Positions 53,241 through 64,000 of a stretch of DNA of 64,000 bases are shown piece by piece (the stretch's first letter is position 1; each line of letters begins with the position of its first letter). Under the pieces are notes generated by a model, which was given only the letters and a program-made list of their open reading frames with translations, searched no databases and had not been told where the DNA came from. Both the position numbers and the translations under genes were made by a program. Location: NCBI GenBank assembly GCA_030141605.1, contig JAQGDQ010000995.1:1-64000 (forward strand), given 5' to 3'. The DNA comes from Tubiluchus corallicola (Eukaryota; Animalia; Priapulida).

Positions 53241-54955
53241 AAATGATTCATGATTCGAATTTCGCATGCTTGTGTATTGCAGCACAAGCTAATTTAATGA
53301 ACAAAATTTTCGTAAAAGTGTGTCGAATTTCTTGAATTGAAAAATCAATATGCTATTTTGTACTGTACGCATTATATTAACCATTATGGGAGCTTTAAAG
53401 GGAGACAGGATGTTTTTCATATACTACCCCATTTTGAAGTCCGATAAAAAATATACATATTAACACAATTAATACTGCAAAATGGTTTCTGATAATTAAA
53501 TATTAGATTAAAATTTAATTAATGGCGGGCGAGCCCAACTGTTGATGACATCATAAACTAACCCAATCTCAACAGCGAATATATTCCATGAGCGTGTTGA
53601 GCGTGTTTGCAAAAGCGACAACAGTGCTACTGTAAGATATTCAGTGTGTTGTACTAAAACTAGGCAAGTTTTAAGGTAGAAATTCAAATTTCAAATTTAC
53701 CGCTGTACTCGCGCATGACCTGCTAAACGTGTGCAGTTCATCACAAACTAACACATCTGAACTGAGAGGCACAGCACCTGTATTTTGTACAATGCATTTC
53801 CGAAATGCAGCGCTTGTGCCCGTCTAACTAGCGAATCGCGAAATGCGTGCAGCTGCGAAGAACAAGTGGCGCGAAGGGGAAATTGTGTTTGTGTGGTAAT
53901 AATTCACCTTCGAAGGACGAACATCATCAGGTAGAAAAGAATTTTACACTATGATTTCATCAGGTGTTTAAAATGTATCATGTGCAGTAGATTCTATAAT
54001 GTATACAAATGTAGAAAGTAACACAACGGAGAAAATCAAAACCTGGATAACCGTTTGTACATAATGGAAATATTTCAAATGATGAATTGCTTTGAATTTT
54101 TGACTCTCACTTTTCTGCCTTACTCACGGAGTAATAGCCAGTCCGTCGCGAATCGTCTAAAGGTCGTACCGCCCCTATATTTGTGCCATATCTATATTTC
54201 CACTAGTACTCCCAGCGCCTACTTGAGAGGTAAATGGGTGACATAAAAATGACAAATCCAGGAAAAATCCAGGAATTAATTTACATCATTGACAAACATC
54301 ATCGTAACTCTTTATCATTGTATGAAAACTCGCGCTGACACAAAATTATAATAATTCCGGTGCTTGTTGGCAAACGGTGAAAACATCGTTGCCGTTCGTC
54401 CTCCGTCTTCAATTACCGCACAAAGAGTGGAAAAAACGTGGTTTAAAGCATTTACGAAAAATGGTTAGCATTTACCAAGCAAAACAATACATCGTCGAAA
54501 CAAGGAATTTAAACACCGACAGCGAGCAAGCAACGAATGAGAAAAACCGGTCATGTAAAATAGGGCCCACGTGATTAAATTTACACTAGCAGCCTCGGTC
54601 ACAGTTTCAAATGTTATTAGAATTAGGTATTTTGGGTGCTGCTTTTGAGCACATGAATTATGGCATTTTTGAGTGAGTTTATATTCCGATTGTGTCTGAA
54701 ATAATTCGACGAATTCGCGCAAGGGGGCGAGATTAGCTTCGCGCATGGAAAAACCGTTGACTGTCGCTTGTGTGATATCTAAATATGTCTACTTTCAGCT
54801 AAAGGATACTTTTTTTCTAAATTGTTTAAAATGTGCTACTTAAACTGTACTTGAACTATCTTGTGAGTTTCTTAAACAGAGCAATCAAAATATTGCAGAA
54901 ATTTTTCGTCAAATTACTCTTCTGTCGTCAATAAAAATCACTGGTTGTCAACAGC

Positions 54956-55969
54956 ATGATTCGAGTTAACAAAAGACGCATTTTAAACGTACTTACTATA
55001 GGTCCAACTGGTGTTTGCACGCTTGTTATCATAGTTGATTATTTACTTTCTTTAAACTTACTGTTCGTGAATAAAACCATGGTTGGAAATCAAATACCAA
55101 CTAAAACTTTAATTCAGAACATGAACAAAGATTATGTCGAAGTAAAAGAAGAAAAGGGTGAGAAAAAAAACTTCGTAAAAGTAAAGAAGACAACGTTTTT
55201 TGATTCAGTTACTAAAACTAATCTTTCGTATACTAAAATAATTAACTTCATTGAGCGAGATAGGCGATTTGCACGAGAAAAAACGGTGACTATAGCAACG
55301 CAAACATCTTGGCATTTTATGCATCATTTGGTGGACTTGGCTGAGAGGTTTGATGGACCAATTTCAGCAGCTTTATATGCACCTGGTGATAGTTTTGATT
55401 TCATAATGAATAGAGTAAATGTGTATCGAAGATGTCACCTAAAATTTGCCCATTTGGTCTCAATTTCTCTATTTTTTGCAACAAATGCACCTCCAATTAG
55501 TGGAAAAGAAGAAGAAGAGGTTCAATTGGTTTGTGGCAACATCTCCTTGCCACTATCCAATGGTCCTGACACATCGCATTACGGAACTTATCCAATAAAT
55601 GTAGGGAGAAATGCAGCTCGATTAGCAGTTTATACAGAATATATTTTGCTCCTGGATGTGGAACTGAAACCTACTCCATCTTTGATGAGAAAGTTTGTTG
55701 ACATGTTGAACAGAAAAACAACTCAGCCTACACAGAACATTGTGTACGTTCTTCCAACTTTTGAAATTGCTGATGACAAAGACATACCTTGGAATAAACA
55801 GCAATTGCTAAAACTGCTAAAGCAAGGAAAAGCAGTGTCGTTTCACAAAGTAAGTACGCCTGCCGTAATTTCTAGTATAGTTGAACAAGGTATCGTTTTG
55901 TTATTTCTTGGAAATGTTATGAAAGATGTATCTTTCACCAGACACCCTCCCTCTCTCTCTCTCTCTCTT

Positions 55970-56020
<51 letters not shown>

Positions 56021-58826
56021 TGCTCTCCATCTCTCTCTCTCTCTTTCTCTTTCTCTCTCTCTCCCGCTGTTGCTCTCTCTCTCTTTCTCTCGCTCTCTCT
56101 CTCGCATGACTTTACATATATGCCTGTCAAGAATTCATCTGTCATACTGTGATGTAATATGAATTGTGAGCTTAAAGACAGAGATAAACAGAAAGTAATA
56201 AAATTTAGGACCTATACGTTGTGATTTAAAAATAAAAACAAAAAAAAATAAAAATTGTCAAAAATTGGCAAACTCTTGAGTTAGCGGACAGGATCCGTCA
56301 TCCTAATCATTGTCACAGATACGAACATTTAATTTACAGTTTATTATTAATTTTGATTTGTAGTTTTAAATTTTAGTTTTTCATTACTACAAAGTCAGCG
56401 TTGACATCTGTTTGTACACTTTGAAGTTTTCAATATATGTATGTACTTGCTACTGCTATATGTTTGTATGTAATGGGGTTACTTGGCTTCTCTTTTGAAT
56501 GTAGTAGTTTTTCACACTTGGTAGCAAGATTTGAGGACAGGCAATACACTTAAGCAGTTGTGTGGTTATAATAACGTTTTCACTCAGGTGCCATGATATA
56601 TTGGCTGATGGATTAACTCTAACTTTTGTTTACTACTGTTGATTATGTTTACCATTTTCGTGTATATGTGGTTTGACTATGAGACAATGATTTTGACTAA
56701 AATACAGATTGCAAAGTTAAACCATGTTTTCATCCAGTGATTTCATCTGTTTAACACGAACATCGCAACTTCAAAAACAGTCTGATAAACTTACCAATGA
56801 CGGTTGTTGGCTTTCCCCAAACCACCCCAGCGACAACTTTAGCGTCACGACAATCATTGAGTCAGCATTGAGTAGACCTAAATGGGCCTGTTCTTGTTAA
56901 TGGGCTTATCTGATCATAGACTGGAAGTACTTAGAATAAACTGGTCTAATCTTTCTAAATGACTAATAACGAAAGGAATATCTATGTTCTATTTAGAAAC
57001 GCAAAAACTCGTAAACAAGAAAACGGTATCATTTGTAATCTGTGACGGGTGTTTTGAACCTCATGTAGCCTGTACTGATACTCAACCAGAAACGTACAGA
57101 GAAATTTTTAATCTAAGAAATAAAGATTCTAGTGGACAGAACAGTAACGTTTAACTCTTAAAGAGTCAAGTATTAGACCTAACTGAGCAAGAAGAAAATC
57201 AGCGAAAAGTGCAATAAATACTGAATTTTCTTTTGGAAAATGAGCATTGGGGAGATCTGACCAGAAATTATTACTAGAATTAAACAGGCCGGACAGAGAA
57301 TTAGTGAAAATGAATGGCTACGTAAAGATACTATCTTATAGTAATCCTTGCGCTTCACACAGCTCGGCAATGAAAGACAATTTGGGGAAAATCAATCTCT
57401 CTAGTTAGTGCAAAAAGATGGCTGCGAACTGATATCCTGTAAAACTGTTAGTCCTGTTTCAGACCGGATAACCGCTATAGCTAAAAGGAAATAGCTAAAA
57501 AGAGAATGACTATCACGAAACACCTAAGTGACCTATTTCCTAGATTTTGATTCAATACGGCTGTTAAGACAGCTACAGGAAAAATTCATGTGCAACTTAG
57601 GAGTGAGGGAGAAGCTGATAACATTGGGGATGATTGTAGAGAAGCACTGGATAACTTTATAGATAGTATACCTTACTGGTGAAGAGAGAGAAAATAAGGC
57701 CTGCGGTTTAACTTGAAGCCTGGAATTTGAAGAAACTGAAGAGATATTAGTACAATGCTACACATAAATGGAAAAATTAGATACAGAAAGAATGTCAACT
57801 AGTTAAAATGGTTGTATGCTAGAATAAGTCACTTGTTAAAATTTCTTACATGCTACACAGGAAATTACTGTTGCTGGCGATTTTCTCATCATTTAAGATG
57901 GTGACTCTCAGGTCTGAAATTTCAAGAATTTGAACATATTTTTTTATTTTCTAGAAATCACAAAATTTCTAATTTCGTTGGATGTGAGAGCTCCGTCATG
58001 GACAATACTTGTAAATAACTTGGAGTTTTTTAAACTACGTTCTAAAGCGGCTAACATGTTTAATATTTTCAGAATACATGCACGGCTTGCCACAGAATCC
58101 CACACTATAATCGATGGCTAAAGTCGACAGTATCATCTGATCTGAGGGAATTTTATATTACTAAATGGATACCACTCGTCTGGGAACCCGTGTACATAGG
58201 TAAAATTTAATTATTAAAAATCAGTTTAAATGTGATTATTGATTTAATTTTCCCTAACTGGTCACGCTGTGATGAAATTTTACAATGTTTCAATAAACTG
58301 GGGCTCATGACTTCGTTCTACATCGGTGTTACATAGCTATGAGTAACCAAAATTTTCTATTTGTTCTATTTTTACATTGAACAAGTTAAATATTGTTCTA
58401 GCCTTAGTGTCTCATTATTAAATTGTACCTGGTCTATTTGGCTGAAGTTGTTTGATTCGATATTTAGTGCTCTTGTTCATAGTATTTTACTGCAGCTAGT
58501 AATTACACTTTTTTGTAGGAAGAAATGAAGAACCAATGCATGATGAAAGATTTCGTGGGAATGGCTACGACAAAATACAGCATTTTGTAGAGATGTGTTT
58601 TCAAGACTTTGAGTTTCACGTGCTTGATAATACATTCCTTGTGCATAAAGGCATCTGGCCAGACAAAATTTCATATTATTTTAAATACAACAAAACAATT
58701 AACGAAAACAAACCAATTTTTGATCAATTTATGCAGGAAATGATTGTGAGTTACAAGTCGACAGGCCTCCAAGAATGCTGCACTATACCATCAAACAAGA
58801 ACAGAAGAGGCCACTTTGTAAATTGA
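54956..58826 (+). CDS. B4GAT1: B4GAT1-like GT49 beta-1,4-glucuronyltransferase, 3 exons, ~442 aa, apparently intact
   Basis: Exons 54956-55849 (TM; VTIATQ, RFDGPISAALY, YPINVGRNAAR, LLDVE, VYVLPTFE, AVSFHK|gtaagt), 58073-58199 (CTACHRIPHYNRW..WEPVYIG), 58519-58826 (DERFRGNGYDK..FHVLDNTFLVHKG). Phases 0/1 match; total 1329 nt. Orthology not established. Confidence 0.88.
55951..56103 (+). repeat. (CT)n microsatellite in B4GAT1-like intron 1
   Basis: Imperfect CT dinucleotide tract. Confidence 0.95.
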
Positions 58827-60016
58827 TCAATATTGATTTGACAGTGTTAAACGTGAAAGAAGTCGGATAATTCATTAGCTTTCATCAACGTATCTATTTT
58901 GTCTAGTTTACTGTTAGTCTTTTGTTGCACCTGGTTGAGTTTACAACCAAATAAAAGAATAAGCTCGTGTCATGTCAAAACAATCGGACTTGAACAGCTA
59001 GGCAAACACTGACGTAAATTAAGAAAAATGAAGACCTTTGAAAAACTGCACATCTTATGTTAGTGATATCCGAGTGTGTACTACTTATGCAGATAAATTG
59101 TATGTGATTGCTAAGATATGTTTTAGTTGTTCCTCTAGTGCTGAAATGTTCAAGTTTGTTTACTAGTATTTGATGCTGTAATGTATCAAACGCCTTTGAC
59201 GTTGGATTGGCTGGGTTAAGACATGATAATTGACAAGCAATTTTGCCAAGTTTTCGCGAACTGACGAAAAAAATTCTTAACGTGACTGGTTTTTAGCTTT
59301 GTATCTGTCACGCTGTTTTCTGCCATGCTAATTTTGGTAAAAGTAATAACAACTTTCTTTGGTAAAACGTCATTTCACATCTCTTTAGCGGCTACAGACT
59401 GCTAAGAAAGAAAAATTATAGCAAAATTGCCAGCTTGAACAGTAAACACTTTAGAACAAGCATCTGACTCACGAGGCGAAGGTTCTGTGGGTGCTTGGAA
59501 TCAAACCCAACATGAGATGAAGGTACATCTTTTACAGTATGCACATTCCAATGGGTAGAGGACAGACAAGGGTCTTTGGTTTAGAAGACCATTGACCTGA
59601 ATCAAAGCAGCATGTACATGACCATCATTGCCACGAATCAGCTCCATAATAATAACAAGTGGCCATCAACGATGAGGCAAAAGTTTCTCCTGGTCCACTA
59701 CTATGTCACCTGGAAAGATAACTTACTGAACTGAAGACCAATTACGAAGTGTCTTGAGGCATTTGGAACTCCAGTGGTCCCCATGATTCTCATTAACCTA
59801 TTCTAAATATCAATGGCTGACCAGCCAAACCTGCCTGTAATAGGCTGTTATAGATAGCCAGTATGACAACTGATTTATTATTTGCATCATCTTCAGAGAT
59901 GCCACTTGACTTATTCTGAAACATTCGCAAAATAAAATAAAAATTATAATAATAAAAAAATAGTGTATAATACGTATACATACATATGTATATACAAACA
60001 TATATATATGTATCTA

Positions 60017-60859
60017 TCTCTTATATTAATATTCTTGGTATGGGCTCTATATATAAGATTCGAGGCTACAGCCCGGACGAGGGCACCTTTTGCGGCGATC
60101 TATATATCAAACGAAAGGTCTCCATCTAGTGTCTTCTCGTTGATGGTTTATTTTTCGAATCGGGCCCACCGGGAGGAAGGCGGAAAAAACCTCCAAAAAT
60201 GGCCATTTTTCGGCCGTTTTTTGCAAAAGTTATACGGCTGAGATGTAGAGAACAGGAATGGGCCGAGGGTGGTGCTGGATATGGATAGATAGCCCTTTCA
60301 GCAGTGAGTGTAGTAGGCATACTTAGAATTCGCGAGAGGGCCAGGGCGTCCCGCAACGGGCGTTTTCCCGGACCCAACTCGCGATTTTTTCGAAATTTTG
60401 ACCAAACAGCATGCGGGAAAAACGTTCTAGCGTCGCCCGGTGGGACTCTCGGAAGGAGATATACACAAAGAGGAAGGACAGGGCTACACGATGATGTAGG
60501 CTATATTTTAGGGCATGTCCAGCGAGAGGAGTATCAACGAGCTAATTACGTGTTCTATTTTCGGCAATTTTTCGACAATTTTCGCTTAGAAAACTGCGAC
60601 GCATTCCATTGTGCTGACGTCATCCATTGTACTCTGTCTATAAGTTTAATTCAGTAAAAAGCTACTGCTGGCTTTGCGTTAGATAAACAGACATACAGTA
60701 GGCATGATGTGACGGGCTACAGGCTTTGCGTTAGGTTAGTAGGCAGGATGTTACGGGCTTTACGGGCTTTGTGTTATAAATGAGGACTAGGTAGAATGTT
60801 CGCGTATTGTTGATTACACGTGTATTTATATGCAAAATCTTTTGCGGGGCCTTTGCTAG
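60017..60859 (+). mobile_element. Non-autonomous Helitron, apparently complete (~843 bp)
   Basis: A|TC 5' end, hairpin GCAAAA-TC-TTTTGC, CTAG|T 3' end, no TSD; homologous to 21190-22222. Confidence 0.75.
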
Positions 60860-61074
60860 TCTCTTATATTAATATTCTTGGTATGGGCATTATATATATA
60901 TATATGTATATATAAGATTCGAGGCTACAGCTTCGACGACGGCACCATTTGCGGCGATCTATATATCAAACGAAAGGTCTCGATCTAGTGTCGTCTCATT
61001 GATGGTGTGGTGTGGGTGGGGTGGTGTTGGTGGGATGTTGTTTGCACAAAATTCTTTTTGCAGTTTTAGGCTAG
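60860..61074 (+). mobile_element. Second tandem Helitron copy, internally deleted or chimeric
   Basis: Repeats the 5' end TCTCTTATATTAATATTCTTGGTATGGG, diverges after ~61006, ends with an imperfect hairpin and CTAG|T at 61071-61075. Confidence 0.65.
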
Positions 61075-63116
61075 TCTATAATTATTATTGGTGCACCAAT
61101 GCATAATTTGAAGCCTGTGTCTACTCATGCATTCACACGTTCTTGTAAATAGGCCTGTCACTATATATCCATGTATGAAGATGTATGAAGACACCATGTA
61201 TCGAAATTAAATTGATGTTGAAATGTAACTGCTGTGTGTGTGTGCTTTTGTTACCGCATACCAGATACGTTTTCTGATAATATATAATATATTATATTAC
61301 GTCTATCTCATATAGATGACAAAATAAACACAATACTGAAAAAGCAGCATATGTAGCGACACCATGCATTAGAATTGATGGTTATTCTAGCTGACAGCTT
61401 GTTCTACAGTTCATTTCCTGAGCATTGGTGCTCAAGTTCATCTTACAGAGATAAATAATTATGAAGTCTGTTGTTTCGTCCATTATGATCTCAGGAATAG
61501 ATGCAGTTTTTACTGCTTATAACACAGCTTCTTCTCCTCATCCTTCACTGATAAGATTTAAGTCAGCTGATTATTTTATCGTTGATACTATCCACTCACG
61601 TAAGCCGAGTAATGTGTAATCCACCAATATAACCCTGCATCCTAAATCATCAAGATACCATTGTCAGAAAAAACGCTTTTATTGGAACTTTTGATTTGTT
61701 AGATATTACGCCTAGAATAAGTAATAAGTAAAAAACTATAACAACAATTATTTGCATTTAATTGATGAACATACACAATATAACGTATCAATAAATATCA
61801 ATAAATTCATTGAAATGTTATGATCTAACTTTTGACAAGATTGCTGACGATATAAATAAAGAAATATTATACTCTGACTGTTTAATAAGAAGTGAAATTA
61901 AGAGTTAGACCAGGACGTGGTAACTATGTACCCATACAGTTTTCTAGAAATTAGTGCTAGTGTAATTCTCTTATGCATGACTAATTACATTAATATTATA
62001 ACAATTCATAGTGATAGCAGTTTCTTGAATACTTTGAAAGTATTTTATAAATAAAGGACCCTCGACCAGAATAGGGTAATACCGTTTTTTAAATGAAAGT
62101 GTAGGATACTGTTACCTGTAAAAAGACTTTGTTGATTCTACTTTGAGCATTTACAGATAACGTAGGAGGTTTACGCTTTTAATTATTTTGCATAGAAATT
62201 CACCACATGAAGAATACTTAACAAAAATTATTGCAAAAACTTCACACACGCGCATAATAACGTAGCAGCAGAAAACGGTAGCTTGGCTAACAACGCGGTA
62301 GCTATTGTTACAGCACTAGTTGTGCGAGCTTAGAAATCTTTTTCTGAGGACGCATCTAATCTGTGGTTATGTGTATGCAACAGTTTGCATTTAAACATGT
62401 AGAAGTGTTTCAATGTGTGCGTAATGCGTGATCCGTATCCATTCGAACGTGATCGCTGTCGTCCGAATACGCATCACGCCAATATGCAAATGAGAAACCA
62501 CCGCTGATTAGGTGAGCGAGTTTTCAAGTTTGCGATGAAAATTTTCGCTGTTTAGCTTTCTGAGATTCTAGTTAGACGAGTCTCAGACACCTCAGGACCT
62601 ATAAATAATAATATATTTTCTATTTTAATTTTTGAGAGACAGAAGAAGCAAGAAGCAAGTATGTGTTGAGCATCTAACTGCAGTTCACTAATGGATGATA
62701 CCTGCCATATTTTTCTCTCTCCTGCAAAATATTGTGCACCCAGAACCTGTGCTTTCTTTGGATGTCTTTTCGTCTAATGCAGCTGTATTTATCACGCTTA
62801 AATTTCGACAGAGACATGGCTTCCAAAGTTACCGCTTGTAACTTTCACGAATAGCCACCAAAAATGGCGGAAAGAGTGCTGAAGGTTTTGTTAATACCCA
62901 CAGCGTTTACGGACACTTTGAGTTGTACTTGCCAACGCCATGGCCGCTCTGCCCTTCCACATCTCAGGCCTGTATTTTGCTAAGTCTAAAGGTATGGTCA
63001 GTCTTTCTTGTTGCTTTAGTTTACCCTACAGTAACGTTCATGTACCTGTTTAAAGAAATAGAAAATATCTGTTGTCTGTAAGTGTTGTGCGCGTATGAAA
63101 CGAACAGATAACTAAA

Positions 63117-64000
63117 ATGTGCACACGTGTCGCCGTCTCCAAAAGAACAGTGTACACCTTGAAATTAATATTAAAGGCATGTATCATTTTGTTTTGTTCA
63201 ATAATTATTCTGAAGCTTGATAGCGAATCTGTTAAACCGTACGAAAAGATTAAAATTGTGTACAATACGGATTCCCACATCCAAGTGGACCCATATTCTC
63301 TAAGTGAGATAGATTTTCACTTGACATTAACAGTTATAGCTTTCAACAGGAGTGATTCAGTTAATAGATTGTTACAGTCTCTTGAAGCAGCTGAGTATAT
63401 GGGTGATTCTGTTTCATTGGAAATCTGGATAGATGGCCCGGAGATAGCTGCCCAAAAAACTGTAAAAGTGGTGCAAGGTTTTAATTGGAGCCATGGACAG
63501 AAGCGATTACACGTGAGAACCAGAAATGTAGGACCTTACACACAGTGGTATGATACATGGACTCCTGATCTTCAGGAAACTGGAGAATATGGCCTTATTC
63601 TAGAAGATGATTGTGAGGTTTCTCCTCATTATTACAAATGGCTTAAGTCAGCAATTTATGTGTATAAAGATAGAGATGTTCTCTGCCCAACGTGTACAGA
63701 TAGTGTATTTCTTTATCCAAAGTTCAGTACGTGGGCTTGTTTACCAATGCCAAGAGTGTGGGCGGAGTTTAGGCAATGGTACTTGACAGTAAAAAACGAT
63801 GAAATGTTTATTCCTCTGATTCCTGGTGATAAGAGTCTCGTGATCAATGGCTGGATACGTCACTTTCATCCACTGAAGAAAATGAATTCGGCCTACTTTC
63901 ATCATTACTGTGGCAAGCATCAGCTTTATGCTATATATCTTAATTTGCCAAATAAACTAAGTTTTGTTTGTAATCACAGAGAACTTGGACTCCATTACGT
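63117..64000 (+). CDS. Intronless type II membrane GT-A ('GT2-like') glycosyltransferase resembling the plant At5g60700/At5g12260 family; runs off window end
   Basis: Open from ATG 63117 to 64000: TM LILKACIILFCSIIIL; VIAFNRSDSVNRLLQSLEAAEYMGDSVSLEIWIDG, FNWSHGQK, NVG...QWYDTW.P, LILEDDCEVSPHYYKWL, NHRELGLHY. Absent from the ORF track because there is no stop in the window. Confidence 0.8.
   Translation, partial: MCTRVAVSKRTVYTLKLILKACIILFCSIIILKLDSESVKPYEKIKIVYNTDSHIQVDPYSLSEIDFHLTLTVIAFNRSDSVNRLLQSLEAAEYMGDSVSLEIWIDGPEIAAQKTVKVVQGFNWSHGQKRLHVRTRNVGPYTQWYDTWTPDLQETGEYGLILEDDCEVSPHYYKWLKSAIYVYKDRDVLCPTCTDSVFLYPKFSTWACLPMPRVWAEFRQWYLTVKNDEMFIPLIPGDKSLVINGWIRHFHPLKKMNSAYFHHYCGKHQLYAIYLNLPNKLSFVCNHRELGLHY

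Noticed and set aside
55850-56162. SLSLSL / ERERER ORFs and the tail of ORF 54956-56152
   Set aside because: Read-through into intron 1 and its (CT)n microsatellite; the real donor is at 55850.
56990-57780. Possible Gypsy gag/PHD relic in B4GAT1-like intron 1 (ALDNFIDSI)
   Set aside because: Too degraded to assign without a search.

Overview
AT-rich eukaryotic (invertebrate animal) genomic DNA. It has spliceosomal GT-AG introns and a 5S rRNA-like copy resembling lophotrochozoan 5S; the host assignment is tentative. Every non-transposon gene I could recognise encodes a glycan-building or glycan-decorating enzyme, from largely unrelated families: an intronless GXYLT-like GT8 plus an inverted decayed paralog, a multi-exon WSCD-family sulfotransferase, a glycogenin retro-pseudogene, a disrupted Star/FkbM methyltransferase, three galactose-3-O-sulfotransferase copies (one frameshifted, two fragmentary), an intact 3-exon B4GAT1-like GT49, and an intronless GT-A protein resembling the plant At5g60700/At5g12260 family that runs off the right edge and is missing from the ORF track. 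These genes sit among decayed Gypsy and BEL/Pao LTR elements, CR1/L2-like LINE fragments, tandem non-autonomous Helitrons, a Polinton/Maverick relic, 60-bp and 23-bp minisatellites, a >1-kb inverted duplication and a ~3.2-kb tandem duplication. Main hypothesis: a fast-turnover animal 'glyco-island' that could build a sulfated/methylated Xyl-GlcA-type glycan. All family calls come from manual translation and remembered motifs; no searches were run.
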